Below, piece after piece: positions 59,641 through 64,000 of a stretch of 64,000 bases of DNA (within the stretch, counting starts at the first letter, position 1; every line of letters begins with the position of its first letter). This DNA is from Candidatus Dojkabacteria bacterium (GTDB lineage: Bacteria; Patescibacteriota; Dojkabacteria; J137), in contig JBGSZB010000011.1 in the NCBI GenBank assembly GCA_041750555.1, positions 588-64,587 of the forward strand, read 5' to 3'. A program made the position numbers and the translations under genes. The notes beneath the pieces are model-generated. The model saw only the letters and a list, made by a program, of their open reading frames with translations, ran no database searches and was not told the origin of the DNA.

Positions 59641-60021
59641 AGTCCATTCAATAAGCCGGATTCTGTTACTATTTCTAGTATGAGAATTATTTATCTAAGC
59701 CCTAATTATATTAGGTTGCTCCAGCTAGGGGTTACAAGCATTCTATTATTACTAATAGAACCGGTGGTCTCTTACACTTATTCCTCTAATTCCAATTGGT
59801 TGATAGAGGACACCTTTTCACCATTGCACTTACAATGTAAGTAAGCTGTAATATTTCTGTTGCCCTTTTATCCCTAAGATTACTCCCAGCCAGTCATTAA
59901 TATTGCTATTAATTACGTGGTAGCTATTTCGTTTTTAAAAGATCTAAAGTACGAAACCAAAACGGAGTCCGGACTTTCCTCTATATTAATTTCTTAATAC
60001 AGCAATTCTCTTGAATGGACT
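59641..60021 (-). ncRNA. rnpB: RNase P RNA
   Basis: P1 helix AGTCCATTCA/TGAATGGACT; GAGGAAAGTCCGG; GCAACAGAAA; GGTGAAA; ACAGAATCCGGCTTA; upstream TGATATAAT. Confidence 0.95.
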
Positions 60022-60090
60022 CTCTAATTATATCATTTTATATATGTTATTAGTAGTTGATAACGATTGCATAGATGATATAATGCCCGA

Positions 60091-60606
60091 ATGCTTGAAG
60101 AAAATAACGACAGACTTTTAAACCACTTGTCAGATAAAATCACAGGAATAATTGGATCAATAAATACTGTATTAATAGGGACAGATCCATTAACCGGAGT
60201 AAATTTTGTTCTTGCATGGGTTGAAAAAGAATATATTGAATCTCATGAAAAACAGCTTATCCTAAAAACTTTTAAAGTAATACAACACATTATTCTTAAC
60301 TTTTTCCCTGAATCAATAAATAATATTGACGAAAGTATAGATCAATCAATGGATCAACTTTATGGAAAAGAATTAAGTATTGACGATAGAGATCTACTTA
60401 AAGAATTAATTTTTTATGCATTTTGTTACTTTAAAGATCGTTACTATAGAGTCTTCTATCCTGATACAGAATATGTAACAACTGACAAACTTAGAAAAGG
60501 TGATCGTTTAATTACACTATTCGTTGGTTCTCAGATTTTAAAGGATCTTAATACTATGTTAAATTTCGGTATAGATCCACTTAATCCTAGTAATGGTAAA
60601 AAATAG
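60091..60606 (+). CDS. Hypothetical protein
   Basis: 171-aa ORF with TGATATAAT 6 nt before the ATG. Confidence 0.65.
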   Translation: MLEENNDRLLNHLSDKITGIIGSINTVLIGTDPLTGVNFVLAWVEKEYIESHEKQLILKTFKVIQHIILNFFPESINNIDESIDQSMDQLYGKELSIDDRDLLKELIFYAFCYFKDRYYRVFYPDTEYVTTDKLRKGDRLITLFVGSQILKDLNTMLNFGIDPLNPSNGKK

Positions 60607-60913
60607 GGATCTTGCTAACTATATAACAGAGAGCGTATCAGCTACAAGGGTTCTGAAATTATTCAAGGATAGATTTTGGGGCTCAAGAATGCCTGAAAAA
60701 AAGATTAGATATTATTCTGTTACAGAGGAGCTTAATAGAAGTATTTTGATAGAAAAAGTTCAACAAATTATGATAGAAATTGGATATGGAGATTTTAATA
60801 ATGGATACAATGCAAGTATACTAATTGCATGTGTTACATTCTTAGAAAATAAGTATATATACAAAGAAGACGCAGTTATTTCAAAAGAACTTGCTTTTAT
60901 ACAAGAAAATTAA
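60593..60913 (+). CDS. Hypothetical protein
   Basis: 106-aa ORF overlapping the previous gene and the leuS end. Confidence 0.55.
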   Translation: MVKNRDLANYITESVSATRVLKLFKDRFWGSRMPEKKIRYYSVTEELNRSILIEKVQQIMIEIGYGDFNNGYNASILIACVTFLENKYIYKEDAVISKELAFIQEN

Positions 60914-63290
60914 TTACCTTATTCTTAACAAATATAGTTTTTTTAATATTACCCTCTAAATATTTACTAACATTTTTATCACCTCTAGCTAATTTACTTA
61001 CCTCTTCTTCTGTAGAATCTAGTGGAACACTCACTACTCCTCTAACTTTTCCATTAACTTGAATGGCCATAGATACATTATCTAAAATTAATTTAGAATC
61101 ATCTACTATTGGCCAACTTTGTGTATGTATAGAATAAGCATTTCCCATTAAACTCCATAATTCTTCAGTAATGTATGGTGCAAATGGAGCTAGAATTATT
61201 AAAAATTTAGACCATACCTCTTTAGATATACTTTCCTCACGAGTTATGAAGTTAATAAACTCCATAAACTTAGCAATAGCAGTATTAAAGCTCAAGTGCT
61301 CTATATCGCTTTCTACCTTTTTAATTAATTTATTAATCTCAATATCTTGTGTATTTGAATTAATATCACGAACCTTCTCATTTAAATCCCATACTCTACT
61401 TAAAAATCTAAACACACCATTCTCAGCTCTATCATTCCAAGCTTTAGCGTCTTCTAATGGTCCCATAAACATTTCATATATTCTTAATGTGTCTGCACCA
61501 TATTTATCAATTTCATCATTAGGATTTAATACATTACCCCATCTTTTACTCATCTTTCTATTATCACTTCCTAATATTGTTCCCATATGTCTCATCTTAA
61601 AGAAAGGTTCATCAAAGTTAATTAAACCTTGATCATAGAAGAACTTAGTAAAAAATCTTGAATACAATAAATGTAGGACTGTATGTTCTTGACCTATCAT
61701 GTATAAATCTGTGGGAAGCCAGAAGTTTAAGGTTTCACTATCAAATATCTTTGTATCATCATTAACATTAAAATATCTTAAAAAATACCAACTACTATCT
61801 ACAAATGTATCCATTGTATCTACTTCATAATGCCAACCTTTACCATATTTATCCTCAGCTCTTTTTTTAAATTCTTCACTTCTCTCAATTGGAGATTCAC
61901 CTGTTGGTTTAAAGTCTACATCTTCTGGTAAAACTAATGGTAAATCAGATTCATCAATTGGATGTGCATTACCCTCTGGATCATAAACTATTGGGATTGG
62001 ACAACCCCAGTATCTTTGTCTACTTAATAGCCAATCTCTTAATTTAAAATTAACTTCACTACTACCTAGATTATTATTCTTTAACCACTCCTGCATTTTA
62101 TTAATTGCCTCTTTTGAAGTTAACCCGCTATATTCTCCTGAGTTAATTAAAGTACCATAGTCAGTATACATTTCACTTTCAACATCTCCTTTAATAACTT
62201 CAATAATCTCAATATTATGTTTTTTTGCAAATTCCATATCTCTTTCATCGTGAGCTGGGACTGCCATAATAGCTCCACTACCATAGTTACTTAAAACATA
62301 ATCAGCAACATATATTGGTATTTCTTCGTTATTAAATGGATTAATAGCTAATAATCCCTCAACTTTAATACCACTTTTCTCTTTAGATGTTTGTCTATCT
62401 AATTCACTTTTATGTTTAGTATCGTTAATATATCCCTTAACCTCTTCAATGTTTAATATGCTACTATCCTCAAGAATTGGATGTTCAGGGGCAATTACCA
62501 TGAATGTAGCTCCAAATATGGTATCTATTCTTGTGGTAAACACCTCTAAATATTTATCTAATTCACTTTCACTTTTTAACTTAAATTTTAACTTTGTACC
62601 TTCACTTCTTCCTATCCAATTTCTTTGCATTGATTTAGTACTTTCTGGCCAATCAACTTTATCTAAATCTTTATACAATCTTTCATTAAAATCAGTAATT
62701 TTAAAAAACCATTGATCCATATCTTTTTGAACCACTTCACTATCACATCTTTCACATTTACCATTAATAACTTGTTCATTAGCTAAAACAGTTTCATCCT
62801 TAGGACACCAATTAACAGGTGCATTCTTTTTATATGCTAATCCAGCTTTAAATAGTTGTAAAAAGATCCATTGAGTCCATTTATAGTAACGAGGTTCATG
62901 GCTTCCCACTTCCATATCCCAATCAACACTTATTCCAATATTATTTATCTGTTCAATAAATGTTTTAATTGCAGTATCAGTGTTTTCCCTTGGTGCAATA
63001 CCTGTTTTAATAGCATAGTTTTCAGCAGGTAATCCAAAAGCATCCCACCCCATAGGTAGAGTAACTGATCTTCCTTTATGTCTATAGTATCTAGCTACAA
63101 TATCATTAGCTACCATTCCTTCTACATGACCAACATAAAGTCCTGCTCCAGATGGATATGGATATGAATAAAGTGAATAGAATTTACCATTAGGATTATT
63201 AGAAACTCCCGTTTTATATATCTTATCCTTGAGCCACTTCTCCTGCCACTTCTTTTCAAAGTTTAGGGGATTGTATGAAACATTAGACAT
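60897..63290 (-). CDS. leuS: Leucine--tRNA ligase
   Basis: PYPSG, GWDAFGLPAENYA, VFTTR.DT, LRDWL.SRQRYWG.PIP, DTMDTFVDSSWY, KMSKR. Confidence 0.97.
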   Translation of the reverse strand: MSNVSYNPLNFEKKWQEKWLKDKIYKTGVSNNPNGKFYSLYSYPYPSGAGLYVGHVEGMVANDIVARYYRHKGRSVTLPMGWDAFGLPAENYAIKTGIAPRENTDTAIKTFIEQINNIGISVDWDMEVGSHEPRYYKWTQWIFLQLFKAGLAYKKNAPVNWCPKDETVLANEQVINGKCERCDSEVVQKDMDQWFFKITDFNERLYKDLDKVDWPESTKSMQRNWIGRSEGTKLKFKLKSESELDKYLEVFTTRIDTIFGATFMVIAPEHPILEDSSILNIEEVKGYINDTKHKSELDRQTSKEKSGIKVEGLLAINPFNNEEIPIYVADYVLSNYGSGAIMAVPAHDERDMEFAKKHNIEIIEVIKGDVESEMYTDYGTLINSGEYSGLTSKEAINKMQEWLKNNNLGSSEVNFKLRDWLLSRQRYWGCPIPIVYDPEGNAHPIDESDLPLVLPEDVDFKPTGESPIERSEEFKKRAEDKYGKGWHYEVDTMDTFVDSSWYFLRYFNVNDDTKIFDSETLNFWLPTDLYMIGQEHTVLHLLYSRFFTKFFYDQGLINFDEPFFKMRHMGTILGSDNRKMSKRWGNVLNPNDEIDKYGADTLRIYEMFMGPLEDAKAWNDRAENGVFRFLSRVWDLNEKVRDINSNTQDIEINKLIKKVESDIEHLSFNTAIAKFMEFINFITREESISKEVWSKFLIILAPFAPYITEELWSLMGNAYSIHTQSWPIVDDSKLILDNVSMAIQVNGKVRGVVSVPLDSTEEEVSKLARGDKNVSKYLEGNIKKTIFVKNKVINFLV

Positions 63291-63380
63291 AAGATATTAA
63301 TTAAAAAGTTAATACCCTGATTTTATAATATTTTTAAGAAATTTACTTAGTTTTTTAAAAATATTTCGTATAATCCATAT

Positions 63381-63836
63381 ATGTTTAATAAATTAATTAA
63401 TATCTTTTTAAAATTATTTACTTTTTTAAGTATATTTATACTCTTAAATATATTTTTAAATATTAATTTACAAACTTTTAAAGGTAATATTGTATTCTCT
63501 CAAAGTATCTCTACAGGACTTAATATTTCAAAAGAAGAATTAGATAAAGGGGTTACAAATAGTGGTCATAGTTTAGAAGGTTTTAAAAAATCTAGTCTTA
63601 ATCAAGAAAATATATTAAATACTTTTAAATGGAGTGCAACTAATTATGTCGAAAAAGATATATTATCAAATATATATACTGTTCAATTAGGAGATACATT
63701 ATGGGAAATTAGTGAAGCATTTTATGGATCTGGATTTAATTGGGTAAATATATTAGATAAAAATATTAATTCTATAGGTTTTTTATATGATGGTACTCAA
63801 GCTTTAATAGTTGAGGGTCAAATACTAAACTTATGA
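63381..63836 (+). CDS. LysM domain protein
   Basis: N-terminal TM; YTVQLGDTLWEISEAFYG.G..W..I...N...I..GQ.L. Confidence 0.88.
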   Translation: MFNKLINIFLKLFTFLSIFILLNIFLNINLQTFKGNIVFSQSISTGLNISKEELDKGVTNSGHSLEGFKKSSLNQENILNTFKWSATNYVEKDILSNIYTVQLGDTLWEISEAFYGSGFNWVNILDKNINSIGFLYDGTQALIVEGQILNL

Positions 63837-64000
63837 TTCTTGAATAGCAGAAACCCCCATATATCTCATTGATAAATTAATATGTTGGGTCATCATATGA
63901 GATAAGGCATCTTCCATTTTATCCTCATTTTCTATTAATACTCTGTAAAGTGCTTTTAAATCTTCAAATTCCCCCTCCTTACCTTGTTGTAAATAATAGT
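63831..64000 (-). CDS. 3' end of a hypothetical protein that starts beyond the window
   Basis: Manual translation ...YYLQQGKEGEFEDLKALYRVLIENEDKMEDALSHMMTQHINLSMRYMGVSAIQES*. Confidence 0.55.
   Translation of the reverse strand, partial: YYLQQGKEGEFEDLKALYRVLIENEDKMEDALSHMMTQHINLSMRYMGVSAIQES

Noticed and set aside
65-62715. Many short ORF-track entries opposite real genes (e.g. 65-268, 765-1055, 4382-4597, 14299-14589, 16379-16720, 24173-24454, 39630-39974, 61171-61632)
   Set aside because: Antisense or off-frame shadows of well-supported CDSs, with no motifs of their own.
1-64000. Alternative genetic code (TGA as Gly or Trp)
   Set aside because: Conserved genes translate full length under code 11, and ftsX and pnp end in TGA at the expected positions.

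Overview
Very AT-rich, gene-dense bacterial chromosome segment using the standard code (TGA is a stop). Gene content and style (secG next to an orphan family-5 SBP, PrgI with a C-terminal beta-sandwich, a compact type IV pilus locus, LPxTA-tailed Cys-rich surface proteins, trimmed aminoacyl-tRNA synthetases, little obvious Shine-Dalgarno signal) suggest a CPR/Patescibacteria genome, possibly Dojkabacteria-like; this is inference. Housekeeping genes: rsmH (partial), mraZ, secG, ftsEX, rsmA, murJ, pnp, cca, def, pyrD, rplU, rpmA, thrS, proS, leuS, dus, rluD-like, cmk-like, sufB, three tRNAs and RNase P RNA. The most striking element is a four-gene operon: Fur/Zur regulator, nicotianamine-synthase-family enzyme, GNAT acetyltransferase and ZIP metal transporter (22946-25328, minus strand). 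It sits behind a perfect TTGACA-17-TATAAT promoter carrying two TGCAAy-N3-GTTGC operator palindromes, and looks like a metal-regulated metallophore pathway without the usual opine dehydrogenase. Other oddities: a histidine kinase with a duplicated PAS+DHp unit whose first copy lost its His, FtsE with an RNAP alpha-CTD-like tail, a terminator-gated PD-(D/E)xK nuclease-like gene plus winged-helix gene after tRNA-Asp, a structured pnp leader, a candidate small RNA upstream of sufB, recurrent leaderless-gene architecture, and orphan ORFs sharing a QE(E)S C-terminus. No CRISPR array, integrase or transposase was seen. All calls come from motif recognition by eye; no searches were run.
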